Assembly (NCBI GenBank): GCA_021162085.1
Contig: JAGGZI010000040.1
Location: 1 to 60,248 of the forward strand
Reading direction: 5' to 3'
Source of the DNA: Candidatus Aenigmatarchaeota archaeon
GTDB taxonomy: Archaea; Aenigmatarchaeota; Aenigmatarchaeia; PWEA01; JAGHBM01
DNA: 60,248 bases
The notes below the pieces were generated by a model that searched no databases, was not told the origin of the DNA, and saw only the letters and a list, made by a program, of their open reading frames with translations. A program made the position numbers and the translations under genes. Below, in pieces: positions 1 to 9,534 of this stretch. Position 1 is the stretch's first letter. Every line of letters starts with the position of its first letter.

Positions 1-1
1 A

Positions 2-1570
2 TATACTATCTATGTGAATATAAATCAAAGCAAAAAGAAAACAATGAATTATTATCTCAGGGCTGTAAACCCAATACATGGTCAACCAGCCGGTAATGAT
101 GCAAAATCTATAAATTTTGAACCACCAACTTCACCAGAATATTGGACATGCACTGCATGGGTTCAGGGGTCTCCAGATGATATAGGAATGACACCACTGG
201 GTTATTTAAATCAATTCAACATTTCTTCTTGGTATAAATTATCAAAGGATGGAAAGGTGGGCATTCAAAGGTATGTAACGTATGATTATACAGCTTTTGA
301 TTTTTACGATTCAGTACCAGCTGTGTCAGAGTATACATGGATTGAAGTGAATTTCACAAATCTAGATAGTGAGAAATGGGCAATGGACTATGCTATTGAT
401 TGGTATTGGTTGGGAATCAAACTAACTGGGGGGCCCAGTAGTTTTCCCTATTGGTATACGAATCAAACGAATCCATCATATGTTAATATAAGCTACGTCT
501 ATTCTGATACACCGGAGATTAAATATTTATCAGATTATGATAACAATTTCATTTTATCAGCAACTTCTTCGTCAAGTATAAATAATGCTACTATTTATTT
601 GGAAGGAGAAGACACCGTAAACCTAACAGTTCAAATGCCTAATACAACATTATCTTACAGGGCTAAATATGATGGAGTTAGTTGTGGTTCAACAAACAAC
701 TGTAACCTCACGTATCAATCTAATGGGGAAATAAACTTTACATTAAAATTAGGTTCTGAACATCTCTTGGAGATAGAAGGTTATGTAACTGCTGGTGGAG
801 ACGTTACAGAGCCAATATGGAATTATACATCAGGATATTTAGGTTCCAACACAACCGTGCCAAGTCCAGGAGAATCTGTACTTTTGTATTCAATATGGAA
901 AGATGATACAGCCTTAGATTATACATGGTTGGCAACAAATGAAACTGGAAGTTGGGAAAATAAGACGGTATATTCTTCGCCTATGAAGATGACGGAAAAC
1001 AACCAATGGCAATGGGCTAACTTCACTTGGGATAATGATTCAATTTCATCGGGTGTTGTTTGTTGGAGAGTTTATGCAAATGATACAAGTGGAAATGAGA
1101 ATGTGACCACACCAGACCAGTGTTTCACAGTTAGTGTGTGTTCAGTAAGTATGGGATTCTCTTTAGCACTGGCTCAGGGAATAGATTTGGGTACTTTAAG
1201 CCCCACTAATGATATTCAGGCATCACCAGGTAACAATGGAACGGGAATCACCAACTATTCCATTCAGGTTCACGTGAGTGGATGCACACCAAACACAGTC
1301 AACCTGTGGACAAGGGTCAACCAAAGTTTGAATACGTCTGATAATTCTCAGAGTATTCCTTATGACCATTACTTTTTCAGGTATAATACAACCAACAGTA
1401 CGGTTCCGGGGAGTTCTCACACTTCATATAGTTTAAGTTACCAGCAGATAGGTATCAATCTTCAGGATGGTGATAGAAGTTATTTGAAGTTTTTCATAAA
1501 TGTGAGTACAGGTGCAGGACCCGGAAGTTACAAATCTTACACGTTTTTCAAAGTTAATGTTACAGGTTGA
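2..1570 (+). CDS. Secreted/surface glycoprotein, probably 5'-partial
   Basis: Frame of ORF 14..1570 has no in-frame stop back to nt 2, so the gene likely begins upstream of the window. About 25 N-x-S/T sequons; W/Y/N/T-rich. The C-terminal ~150 aa carry a GIDLGTLSP ... PGSYKSYTFFKV module also present in 1658..2218. Confidence 0.6.
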   Translation, partial: YTIYVNINQSKKKTMNYYLRAVNPIHGQPAGNDAKSINFEPPTSPEYWTCTAWVQGSPDDIGMTPLGYLNQFNISSWYKLSKDGKVGIQRYVTYDYTAFDFYDSVPAVSEYTWIEVNFTNLDSEKWAMDYAIDWYWLGIKLTGGPSSFPYWYTNQTNPSYVNISYVYSDTPEIKYLSDYDNNFILSATSSSSINNATIYLEGEDTVNLTVQMPNTTLSYRAKYDGVSCGSTNNCNLTYQSNGEINFTLKLGSEHLLEIEGYVTAGGDVTEPIWNYTSGYLGSNTTVPSPGESVLLYSIWKDDTALDYTWLATNETGSWENKTVYSSPMKMTENNQWQWANFTWDNDSISSGVVCWRVYANDTSGNENVTTPDQCFTVSVCSVSMGFSLALAQGIDLGTLSPTNDIQASPGNNGTGITNYSIQVHVSGCTPNTVNLWTRVNQSLNTSDNSQSIPYDHYFFRYNTTNSTVPGSSHTSYSLSYQQIGINLQDGDRSYLKFFINVSTGAGPGSYKSYTFFKVNVTG

Positions 1571-1657
1571 TGAAGATGGAGATTTTATGGTCAAGGATGA
1601 GAAAGGTTGGAGAAATTCCAATCTTTTGATTAAAAAAATAAAAGGAGGTGAAAAGAA

Positions 1658-2218
1658 GTGATAGCAAACAAGGCAACAAGTGCTGCAATTTTGGCAATAA
1701 CGTTGGGAATAATAGCATTCGGGGTTTGGATAGTAACACCGAGTCAGGTAAGTGCAGCAACGAATGAAACAAATGCAACAACAACAAGTGTAACAGTAAA
1801 TGTATATGTAGCATGTGGTATGCCAGATACTTATGCAGATGGAATAGACTTTGGTTCATTGGATCCAGAAACAAATGATAACTTCGCTGAAAATGGTTTT
1901 AAATTAACATCGCCAGATACAAACAATGTAAACATAACTTACTACATAAAGGCAAACGGAGATTTAACAAGACAAGATGGAGGAGAAGGCTTCATAAAAC
2001 TGGGTAACTATACATGGTATGACAACGGAACTGTTGTAGGTTCAGAGAACGCTAGTTTAAGTACTGCTTTGACTACAAGTTATGCAATTTTTTCAGCAGA
2101 TGGACAGAATATACCGCCAGGTGGAACAGATTATATGGGACTATGGTTAGATGTGCCAATAGTACCACCAGGTACGTACAACAATACGATATACATAAAG
2201 TGTAATCAGTCTACGTAA
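1658..2218 (+). CDS. Small secreted beta-rich protein (possible fibre/adhesin subunit)
   Basis: GTG start just downstream of AAGGAGGTGA. N-terminal signal peptide (AILAITLGIIAFGVWIVTPSQVSA). Mature part has GIDFGSLDP and PPGTYNNTIYIK motifs and several N-x-S/T sequons. Confidence 0.6.
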   Translation: MIANKATSAAILAITLGIIAFGVWIVTPSQVSAATNETNATTTSVTVNVYVACGMPDTYADGIDFGSLDPETNDNFAENGFKLTSPDTNNVNITYYIKANGDLTRQDGGEGFIKLGNYTWYDNGTVVGSENASLSTALTTSYAIFSADGQNIPPGGTDYMGLWLDVPIVPPGTYNNTIYIKCNQST

Positions 2219-2319
2219 GTTCCTTAAAAACCATCCTTATTCCCTTATTTTTTATGTGTGCCTAAGGGAGTAGGAATTCCTTAAAGCCTAAAATCCTAAA
2301 CATCTAAGGAGGTGAATGA

Positions 2320-3090
2320 ATGAAGAAGGTGATGGTTGCCTTATTGGTTGGTTTGATTTTTTTGCCAACCATAGCGGCAGCCCAAGAAAAATACGTAGGA
2401 GTAGGATTAGTCTGCAAAACCTATGGCGAAACCGTAGCAAAGGCAAAGGATATTACAGTATTCGATGTTTTAAAGGAAATGATAGACAAGAATGCAGTTA
2501 TAGAAGGGCAGCCAGTGTGTGTAGAATATGGAATATATAACCCATTTGACATAAAGCTAGACAGTTCACTGGTCTTCACGGGGGAAATAAAGGACAAGAT
2601 ATTCACAGTAGAGCCAAGCAGTGTGATAGTGGACCCGGATAAGAACAAGTTACCAGAGGAAGCCATACCAGTAAAAGTGTGTTTCAAAGTTGAGACAAAG
2701 TATCCTTATACACCTAAGAAGTATGTGGGTTCAACTACTGCAGTATGGAGCATGAAGCCAGGAGAAGGTGGTGGGACAGGATCAGCAACTGGTGGTTCAG
2801 TGGAGTGTCCATTTTACTTGCAGGTTAATACAGAAGCAGGACAGAAAATAATGCTTGAAGAAAGAAAGGAGGCAGTATTTAAGTTGCAAGTGTTGATAGT
2901 AGTCGTAGTGGTGGTTATAGTGCTGGCAGTGATAATGGGTCTATACAGGAGAAAGAAGAAGAAGGAATGGGAGACAAAGATAGTGAAGATATGTCCAAAG
3001 TGCAAGAAGCAGTATCCTTTAAGCTTAGAGTATTGTCCAAAGTGCGGAGTAAAACTAAAGAAATACAAGGCCGGAAAAGAGATAGAGTAG
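2320..3090 (+). CDS. Type I membrane protein: extracellular domain, one TM, cytoplasmic zinc ribbon
   Basis: ATG follows AAGGAGGTGA. Signal peptide MKKVMVALLVGLIFLPTIAAA; TM LQVLIVVVVVVIVLAVIMGLY; C-terminal CPKC-x10-CPKC. Confidence 0.6.
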   Translation: MKKVMVALLVGLIFLPTIAAAQEKYVGVGLVCKTYGETVAKAKDITVFDVLKEMIDKNAVIEGQPVCVEYGIYNPFDIKLDSSLVFTGEIKDKIFTVEPSSVIVDPDKNKLPEEAIPVKVCFKVETKYPYTPKKYVGSTTAVWSMKPGEGGGTGSATGGSVECPFYLQVNTEAGQKIMLEERKEAVFKLQVLIVVVVVVIVLAVIMGLYRRKKKKEWETKIVKICPKCKKQYPLSLEYCPKCGVKLKKYKAGKEIE

Positions 3091-3099
3091 GTGGTCTAA

Positions 3100-3390
3100 A
3101 TGGAGAAGAATGTAGACGTTATCCTATCGGATAATGTAGTTAAGAAGGAAAAGAAAAATCCATTTCCCTATCTCCTAACGGCTGTCCATTACACTTTTCA
3201 GAGGAAGGACGAGTGTACAATAGCAGCAACAAAGAAGTTCCAGCCAATGTTGTTTCAGATAGCAAAGATGTTCGAGAGGTTTGGAGCCAGAGAAGTCGGT
3301 AGATGGGAATATACAGTAAACACACATGGGAGAGACCTCAAGGCATTGGCAATTCGACTGAGAATTGAGAATGATGGAAAGCATGCATAA
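3100..3390 (+). CDS. Hypothetical cytoplasmic protein (96 aa)
   Basis: ORF tightly spaced within a same-strand gene run; no recognisable motif. Confidence 0.4.
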   Translation: MEKNVDVILSDNVVKKEKKNPFPYLLTAVHYTFQRKDECTIAATKKFQPMLFQIAKMFERFGAREVGRWEYTVNTHGRDLKALAIRLRIENDGKHA

Positions 3391-3402
3391 GGAAGTGTTT
3401 AA

Positions 3403-5403
3403 GTGAAGAAAATATTGGAATTGATTATAGTGGTTTGTATAGTTTTACTTAGCATTGAGTATGTAAAGGCAGGATATAATAATTCAGGAAGTAGCGCAAA
3501 CATTTGTGAGATAGCCCTTAAGATCGATGCTGCCGCCGACGCATCATCATTCAGTCTGTATCAAACGGCAAAGATAATGGTGTACACTATGAAGGCATGT
3601 GGTAGTCCCATAGATGCAGATGTATCCGGATACATAAAGAGACCAACGGGGATAATAGATAATCTAACATTTACCCACATTGATACAGGAATTTATGAAG
3701 CTGAATATATGTTCAACAGCACGGGAGACTATGAGTTATATGCTCAGGCAATTAATGCTACGTGGTGGACATCTGAGGAGTATGGTGGAAAGGTTTGGGT
3801 GAGAGAATACATATCAGTTCCATTTCTTTCCATGTACCTTTCTTTGCCTTATGGAACAAGATACCAAGTAGGGGACACTGTAAGGATATGGGCCCATGTT
3901 GAGGACAGCAACGGACTTCCAATAAACGATGCATCGGTGAACATAACGGTTTTCTATCCAAATCTAACAACAGCTTATGTTTCAGAACAACCAATGACGC
4001 TTTTTGCTAATGGGGATTATTATTATACCTTCACTGCTCCGGGTGTGGAGGGGCAGTACTTTGCCAGAGTTGAAGCAAGGGAAAACTTCTCGTATCAGAG
4101 CAAGTCAAAAACATTTGAAGTTGGAGGATGGGCATCTCAAATTGGAGAGATGAATAAGACTCTTGAGGAAACTGTGGTTCCTTACTTACAAGAGATAAAC
4201 AAGACAGTTCATTCTATAGATGACCTCTTGAATGATTTGAACATAACAATCAACAACATAAATACAGTTGCCGAAGAAATAAACAAAACCATAGGAAGGT
4301 ATACAGTAACTTATTACAACGATTCTGTTGTGAAGAGTTATATACCGGGCTCTGATTTATTACAGGTGATATGGAGAGAAGAAATTGGTGACGGTGAGTC
4401 GTGGATCGAGTACAGGGCAGTTGCAAATAATACTTATAACTTCACAGGTTCTCTGAATTTAACAAACATGGAGGTGGTTGGCTATTCCTGTTATAACTGC
4501 TCCGGATCCGATACTTTATCTATAACAACTACCAGGCTGAAGTATAGTTTTTTGACGAATTACGAAAAAGGATTCGACTTGAGGGTTAAATTAAAGAAAA
4601 AGGTAGGTACGGCGACATTTGATGGAACAATAAATGGAACAAGAAATGAAAACATAACATACTTGGGCAGGTCAGCTGTTACCTCACTGCCTTTTACTTT
4701 TGAGGTAATGGAGACCGCCTTGTCTTCGACGGTCATGAATTCCCTGGAAGAAAATCACAAGGATCTGACCAATGAAGTGGAACAGATAATATCAGACCTT
4801 AGTGCAATAGGGTCCAATGCGGTTGTGAGTAGTGGTGGAGGGAGTGGATACATTTATCAGGGAATAAACAACACAAAGGAAATTCTTGAGGGAGTAAGAA
4901 ATATGCTTGCAACGACAAAGACTCCAACCGCTGAGAGCATATCAGATATTATGGATAGATTGAACGATGCCAAGCAAGAGCTTCTGAATGTAATTGAAAG
5001 GTTGCATAAAGAAAGAAAGAACGAGGCAACGAGTCTTGCGCAATTGTTCTCAAGTCTGGAATCTGCATCAACCGTGACCATGTTGTTAGGACTTCTTTTC
5101 GTTATTTTGGTCATTGGGGTATTTCTTTACATATTGGTTAAATCTCGTGAGGAGGAGTTTGATTTTTCATCATTGCTATTCTGGAGAATGTTTAAGAAGG
5201 GAAGGGACAGCATTTCCAATAAGTTGATGGCATACTCGATTCTCTCTGGAAGAAAGGACATAGCAAATAAATTATTTAAATTATCAATCGCAAAAGATAT
5301 TCTGGAAGAGGGTAAAATGGAAGAGGATGTCAAAGAAGAAGTTAAGGGAGAAATTAAGAAGAGCATAATTGAAAGGTTAAAAGAAAGGTATAGAAAGAGG
5401 TGA
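3403..5403 (+). CDS. Large surface glycoprotein with C-terminal TM anchor
   Basis: Signal peptide KKILELIIVVCIVLLSIEYVKA. Ig-like stretch (YQVGDTVRIWAHVEDSNG...GQYFARVEA). Heptad-like N-x-T-rich stalk. TM VTMLLGLLFVILVIGVFLYILV followed by a K/E-rich tail. Confidence 0.65.
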   Translation: MKKILELIIVVCIVLLSIEYVKAGYNNSGSSANICEIALKIDAAADASSFSLYQTAKIMVYTMKACGSPIDADVSGYIKRPTGIIDNLTFTHIDTGIYEAEYMFNSTGDYELYAQAINATWWTSEEYGGKVWVREYISVPFLSMYLSLPYGTRYQVGDTVRIWAHVEDSNGLPINDASVNITVFYPNLTTAYVSEQPMTLFANGDYYYTFTAPGVEGQYFARVEARENFSYQSKSKTFEVGGWASQIGEMNKTLEETVVPYLQEINKTVHSIDDLLNDLNITINNINTVAEEINKTIGRYTVTYYNDSVVKSYIPGSDLLQVIWREEIGDGESWIEYRAVANNTYNFTGSLNLTNMEVVGYSCYNCSGSDTLSITTTRLKYSFLTNYEKGFDLRVKLKKKVGTATFDGTINGTRNENITYLGRSAVTSLPFTFEVMETALSSTVMNSLEENHKDLTNEVEQIISDLSAIGSNAVVSSGGGSGYIYQGINNTKEILEGVRNMLATTKTPTAESISDIMDRLNDAKQELLNVIERLHKERKNEATSLAQLFSSLESASTVTMLLGLLFVILVIGVFLYILVKSREEEFDFSSLLFWRMFKKGRDSISNKLMAYSILSGRKDIANKLFKLSIAKDILEEGKMEEDVKEEVKGEIKKSIIERLKERYRKR

Positions 5404-5407
5404 TTTT

Positions 5408-5761
5408 TTGTTAGAATGGTTGATAGCCACATTGGTTGTAATAAATATAATTTTTCTAATGGTCATATACATGCTGACTCAAAAGAAAGGCGAGGTTGAT
5501 CCACTCATGCTTTCAATGATGGATGAGGAATCCTCTCCAGAAACTTTAATGATGATGCAGTTGATGGAGGGTGGAAAGATGGACCCTGTGAAGATGATGT
5601 TGCTGAGTAAGATGATGAAGAGTAAAAAGGAGACACCACCCAAACCTGAAATACCATACGATCTGAAGAAAGAAGTTGTAGAGAGCATAAAGCCGATGAT
5701 AAAGGAAAAACTCAAGAAGGAGACTGAAAGAGAAATCAAAAAATATTTTGAACTAAAGTAG
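5408..5761 (+). CDS. Small membrane protein with Met-rich segment
   Basis: N-terminal TM (LIATLVVINIIFLMVIYML), then MLSMMDEESSPETLMMMQLMEGGKMDPVKMMLLSKMMK. Start lies 5 nt after the upstream stop. Confidence 0.45.
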   Translation: MLEWLIATLVVINIIFLMVIYMLTQKKGEVDPLMLSMMDEESSPETLMMMQLMEGGKMDPVKMMLLSKMMKSKKETPPKPEIPYDLKKEVVESIKPMIKEKLKKETEREIKKYFELK

Positions 5762-6313
5762 AACTATGATGTTGTAAATTAAATGAATCAGTATGGCCAT
5801 CATAAGTCCTGTTAAGGCAAATTTTTTCTGTGCCATCCCTGAGAAGACAATGGATGAGTTCATATGAATTAAAATGGGATATATGAACCTGAGCGCCATT
5901 ATGCTAAAAAAGTATGGACTTGGGATAAGCTCAACAGAATAAAGAAGATTCTCTACAAATCCATATCCACCACCCATGGCAAGTCCATATATAAGAGAAT
6001 ACTTCATGTCAGGCAGAGTCTTTCTTATGAAGTAAAATAAAACAACAGATTTTACGATTTCCTCTATGAATGGGGAAACGTAGGGAAGAATTCTGGTGCC
6101 AGAGAGTAGGTACTCAAGCAGGTAAATAGGATAAACTATCACAATGGAAGAAATTAGTATAAAAAATACCGCAAATTCTTTATCGTTCTCATCATTGAAC
6201 AAATGCATAAATATTAATAACGGAGAATTAAATATAAAATGACAAATGAAAGGTGATGATATGATTTCATTTTTAAGAAAGAAGCCAAAGAATGAGGATG
6301 AAAAGAAGAACAC
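5753..6313 (-). CDS. PrsW-family intramembrane protease (start uncertain)
   Basis: Polytopic membrane protein with FIEEIVKS (EExxK), GFVENLLY, HMNSS and HLIYN motifs typical of PrsW proteases. GTG start at 6313; an internal Met at 6208 is also possible. Confidence 0.55.
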   Translation of the reverse strand: MFFFSSSFFGFFLKNEIISSPFICHFIFNSPLLIFMHLFNDENDKEFAVFFILISSIVIVYPIYLLEYLLSGTRILPYVSPFIEEIVKSVVLFYFIRKTLPDMKYSLIYGLAMGGGYGFVENLLYSVELIPSPYFFSIMALRFIYPILIHMNSSIVFSGMAQKKFALTGLMMAILIHLIYNIIVLL

Positions 6314-6338
6314 TCAAGAGAATAGTGGAGGTGCTAAC

Positions 6339-6500
6339 ATGGGTGAAGACATAGAGAATGAAGTTAAATCAAAGGTCGTACAGGAAATTGTTGAAGAGAT
6401 AAAGGATGAAATAATCCAAGAATTAAAGGAAGAGTTAAAGGACGAACTCAAGGACAAGATTAAGAAGCAAATTAAAGAGGAAATATTAAGGGAGATATAA
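6339..6500 (+). CDS. Small K/E-rich low-complexity protein
   Basis: ATG 6339 lies 5 nt after GGAGGTG (6327-6333). The longer ORF-track form (6246) would overlap the PrsW start on the opposite strand. Confidence 0.3.
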   Translation: MGEDIENEVKSKVVQEIVEEIKDEIIQELKEELKDELKDKIKKQIKEEILREI

Positions 6501-6532
6501 GCTTTTAATATTTTTCTTTCCTTATTTTCCAT

Positions 6533-7807
6533 ATGTTAATTAAGAATTTAAGGTACATAGTTACGATGGATTCTCAGAGAAGAGTCATAAGAGATGGTGC
6601 TATTTTTATAGAGGGAAACAGGATTCTTGACGTAGGAAGAAATGGGGGGCTCTCAAGAAAGTACAGTAGGGAGGAGATCATAGATGGAAGTGGAATGGTT
6701 GCCATCCCAGGACTTATACAGGCTCATACTCATTCTCCAATGACTCTCATGAGAGGGTATGCGGATGACCTTCCACTCATGGATTGGCTCCAGAAAAAAA
6801 TATGGCCACTTGAGGCAAAGTTAAAGCCAAATGACATATACTACGGCTCTTTGCTTGCAAATCTTGAGATGATAAGTTTTGGCGTTACAACCTTTTCGGA
6901 TATGTATCCACACCCTGAGGAAATTTTAAAGGCCGTTAGAAAATCAGGTTTGAGGGCTGTGATTTCACCAGCGATATTTGAGGAAGTTGATAAGAACTCC
7001 AATGTCAAGAACGCCAAAAAATTTCTAAGGAATGAATCAGATAAGATAAAGATAGCTCTTGGTCCACATTCTCCTTATGCCTGTACCAAAGAAGAGCTTT
7101 TGGAGGTTAGGGATATATCAGAAGAAACTGGTGCAATTGTCCATATTCATGCTTCTGAAACTCAGGAAGAGGTAAGGCAGATAAAAGAAAAGTATGGTAT
7201 GAGGCCAATTGAATTTTTGGACTCCATAGGTCTCCTGACGGAGAGAACGCTCCTTGCCCATTCTGTATGGGTATCAGACAAGGAAATAAATCTCATTCAT
7301 AAAAGAGGTGCAAAGGTTGCACATTGTCCGATATCAAACACGAAACTTGCAAGCGGGATTGCGCCCATAGAAAAGTTGAAAGGTGTGGTTTCTCTGGGCT
7401 CGGACGGGCCTTCATCCAACAACAATCTTGACATTTTTGAAGAGATCAAGGCAGTAGCACTTCTTCACAAGGTACATAATCTGAATCCTACGCTCATTTC
7501 AGCTCAGCAGGCACTCGAGATGGCCACTATAAATGGTGCAAGGGCACTTGGACTTGAGGAAGAAATTGGCTCAATTGAAACTGGTAAAAGGGCTGATGTG
7601 GTACTCGTTGATTTTAGGAAGCCGCACTTAACACCGCTTTACAATCCTGTGTCACATCTTGTTTATGCATGCAACGGGGAGGATGTTGATACGGTCGTCG
7701 TTGATGGAAAAATTTTAATGAGGCATAGAAAGTTTTCTCTGGATTCGAAAGGAATCATGAAAAAGGTGGAAAGAATAAAAGAAGATTTGTTGAGAAGAGT
7801 TAATTGA
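6533..7807 (+). CDS. mtaD: Amidohydrolase, 5'-methylthioadenosine/S-adenosylhomocysteine deaminase-like
   Basis: AIPGLIQAHTHSPMTLMRGYADDLPLMDWLQKKIWPLE, HIHASET and GSDGPSSNN motifs of the MtaD/chlorohydrolase subgroup of metal-dependent amidohydrolases. Confidence 0.8.
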   Translation: MLIKNLRYIVTMDSQRRVIRDGAIFIEGNRILDVGRNGGLSRKYSREEIIDGSGMVAIPGLIQAHTHSPMTLMRGYADDLPLMDWLQKKIWPLEAKLKPNDIYYGSLLANLEMISFGVTTFSDMYPHPEEILKAVRKSGLRAVISPAIFEEVDKNSNVKNAKKFLRNESDKIKIALGPHSPYACTKEELLEVRDISEETGAIVHIHASETQEEVRQIKEKYGMRPIEFLDSIGLLTERTLLAHSVWVSDKEINLIHKRGAKVAHCPISNTKLASGIAPIEKLKGVVSLGSDGPSSNNNLDIFEEIKAVALLHKVHNLNPTLISAQQALEMATINGARALGLEEEIGSIETGKRADVVLVDFRKPHLTPLYNPVSHLVYACNGEDVDTVVVDGKILMRHRKFSLDSKGIMKKVERIKEDLLRRVN

Positions 7808-8014
7808 TGGTTTCTAGTACACATAAAATTAATGTGAACAAACGTCGAATTTTCACTACTTTTTAGTTTAAAGTATTTATAGTTTTACATACAATATTAC
7901 ATTGTTACAGAGTTGACACAAACATCCCAGTGACTTCAGAGGGATGACTCATTCTGACGACCTTTATTGATACCATTATACCTTAGTTCTAGTGTGCTCG
8001 ATGGGGTGTGGAAG

Positions 8015-8407
8015 ATGAGAGAACAGCTGAGGTATGATGGATTTGGGAGAAGTGAATTAGAAAGTAGAGAAACTTTAGAGCCTTACAGTAACTTAAGGTA
8101 TGTGGAAGAGAATAAAGGCGGAAGAAAGATCATAATATATGAAGGACTGTCTGGTGTGGGCACAGCCATCTTTAGTTTAGGTGAGTGCTTGGACAATAAA
8201 TATCTAAGTGCCTTTGGTGCTGGATTGGCTGCGGTTGGAGGTCTTGGAATTTTGGGTGAGGGATTCAACGGTGATGGCAGGCTGTACAAGACAAAGGAGA
8301 AATTATCAAAACTTAAGGATTACCTGTCAGATAAGTTGGTCCATCACAAGAAAAGAAACGGTGGAATTAATATGAAATTAGACTACTATGACAATGCACT
8401 ATTATAG
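8015..8407 (+). CDS. Hypothetical protein with Gly-rich hydrophobic core
   Basis: ATG 8015 preceded by GGGGTG. The ORF-track TTG start at 7967 is less likely. No family recognised. Confidence 0.35.
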   Translation: MREQLRYDGFGRSELESRETLEPYSNLRYVEENKGGRKIIIYEGLSGVGTAIFSLGECLDNKYLSAFGAGLAAVGGLGILGEGFNGDGRLYKTKEKLSKLKDYLSDKLVHHKKRNGGINMKLDYYDNALL

Positions 8408-8500
8408 TGAAAAAGTGACGGATTCACCTAGTGTTCAGTATATTCATTCAACTAATTGGAATATTTTTACCAACTACAAGTAATTAAACAAACCGTTAAC

Positions 8501-8535
8501 TTTATATAGTAGTTATGACAAAAGTATATATAAAT
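8501..8535 (+). promoter_or_regulatory. Two TATA-like boxes upstream of tfb
   Basis: TTTATATA at 8501-8508 and TATATATAAA at 8525-8534, 45-78 nt upstream of ATG 8579. Archaeal TATA consensus judged by eye only. Confidence 0.3.
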
Positions 8536-8578
8536 TGTCATGTGTGTTACTATCAAAAAATGATTAAAATGTGATTAA

Positions 8579-9526
8579 ATGGTTAGGAAAAGAGAGAAAA
8601 GAGCTACAAGCATCAAAGTTTGTCCTGAATGTGGTTCCACTCATCTGATAGAGGACCCAGCAAGGGGCGAAATAGTTTGTGCTAATTGTGGTTTAATCAT
8701 TGAAGAGAATGTTGTTGACCTCAGGCAGGAGTGGAGAGCATTTGACCAAGAGCAGAGATCAAAGAGAGCAAGAACAGGAGCCCCACTAACTCCTACGAAG
8801 CATGATAAGGGAATGATAACCGAGATAGGAAAGGGACCTGGAGAGTTCTTTAAGGTTTCTGCGAAGAAGAGAGCACAGTATTACAGGCTGAGAAAATGGC
8901 AGAAAAGGCTTGTTGAGAGCAAGGATAGGAATTTAAGTTTTGCACTTTCTGAATTACAGAGATTAGTTTCATTCTTAGGTTTACCAAAAAACGTTCATGA
9001 AGAAGTTGCCAAGGCCTATGAGGTTGCTGTTGATAAAGGACTTGTTAGAGGAAGGTCAATGGAATCTGTTGTGGCAGCTTTGTTGTACGCTATATGTAGA
9101 GAATTTAAGACACCGAGAACCCTTGATGAAATAACCGATGTTTCTGGTGTTGATAAGAGAGAAATAGGAAGGACCTACAGGTACATATGCAGGGAATTAG
9201 GAATAAGAATACTTCCATCCCAACCAGAGGATTACATACCAAGGTTTGCAACTATGCTTGGTCTTGGTGATAAGGTTCAGGCCAAGGCAATAGATGTGTT
9301 GAAGAAGGCAAAGGAACATGATATAACCTCTGGAAAGGGCCCAACGGGAGTTGCTGCTGCAGCTCTTTACATTGCAGCCGTTTTAAATGGCGAGAAGAGG
9401 ACTCAGAGAGAGGTTGCAGACGTTGTTGGTGTAACAGAAGTTACCATAAGAAACAGATACAAGGAAATTGTTGAAAAACTAGGTATAGAAGAGGAAGTTG
9501 AGAAGAGAGTGAGAGAAGAGGAATAA
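8579..9526 (+). CDS. tfb: Transcription initiation factor IIB (TFB)
   Basis: N-terminal zinc ribbon CPECGS...CANCG, B-finger region and two cyclin-like repeats (e.g. RGRSMESVVAALLYAICRE, GKGPTGVAAAALYIAA). Confidence 0.95.
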   Translation: MVRKREKRATSIKVCPECGSTHLIEDPARGEIVCANCGLIIEENVVDLRQEWRAFDQEQRSKRARTGAPLTPTKHDKGMITEIGKGPGEFFKVSAKKRAQYYRLRKWQKRLVESKDRNLSFALSELQRLVSFLGLPKNVHEEVAKAYEVAVDKGLVRGRSMESVVAALLYAICREFKTPRTLDEITDVSGVDKREIGRTYRYICRELGIRILPSQPEDYIPRFATMLGLGDKVQAKAIDVLKKAKEHDITSGKGPTGVAAAALYIAAVLNGEKRTQREVADVVGVTEVTIRNRYKEIVEKLGIEEEVEKRVREEE

Positions 9527-9534
9527 TTATTATT

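Noticed and set aside
1561-1657. Possible C/D-box sRNA in the spacer after the first gene (UGAUGA at ~1568, GGAUGAG at ~1594).
   Set aside because: No CUGA D box or D' box lies at the proper distance and there are no terminal pairing stems. UGAUGA also overlaps the stop-codon region, so it is likely fortuitous in AT-rich DNA.
6246-6338. Longer 84-aa version of the K/E-rich ORF overlapping the PrsW-like gene start head-to-head.
   Set aside because: A strong GGAGGTG sits just before the internal ATG at 6339 and removes the overlap. Even the short form is kept only at low confidence because it is pure low-complexity sequence.
7925-7966. Hairpin CAUCCC-N12-GGGAUG followed by GAUGAC...CUGA upstream of the 8015 ORF; considered as an sRNA or riboswitch-like element.
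   Set aside because: It is a single short 6-bp stem. The box-like motifs are only 8 nt apart, too close for a C/D guide. I recognise no conserved riboswitch motif.
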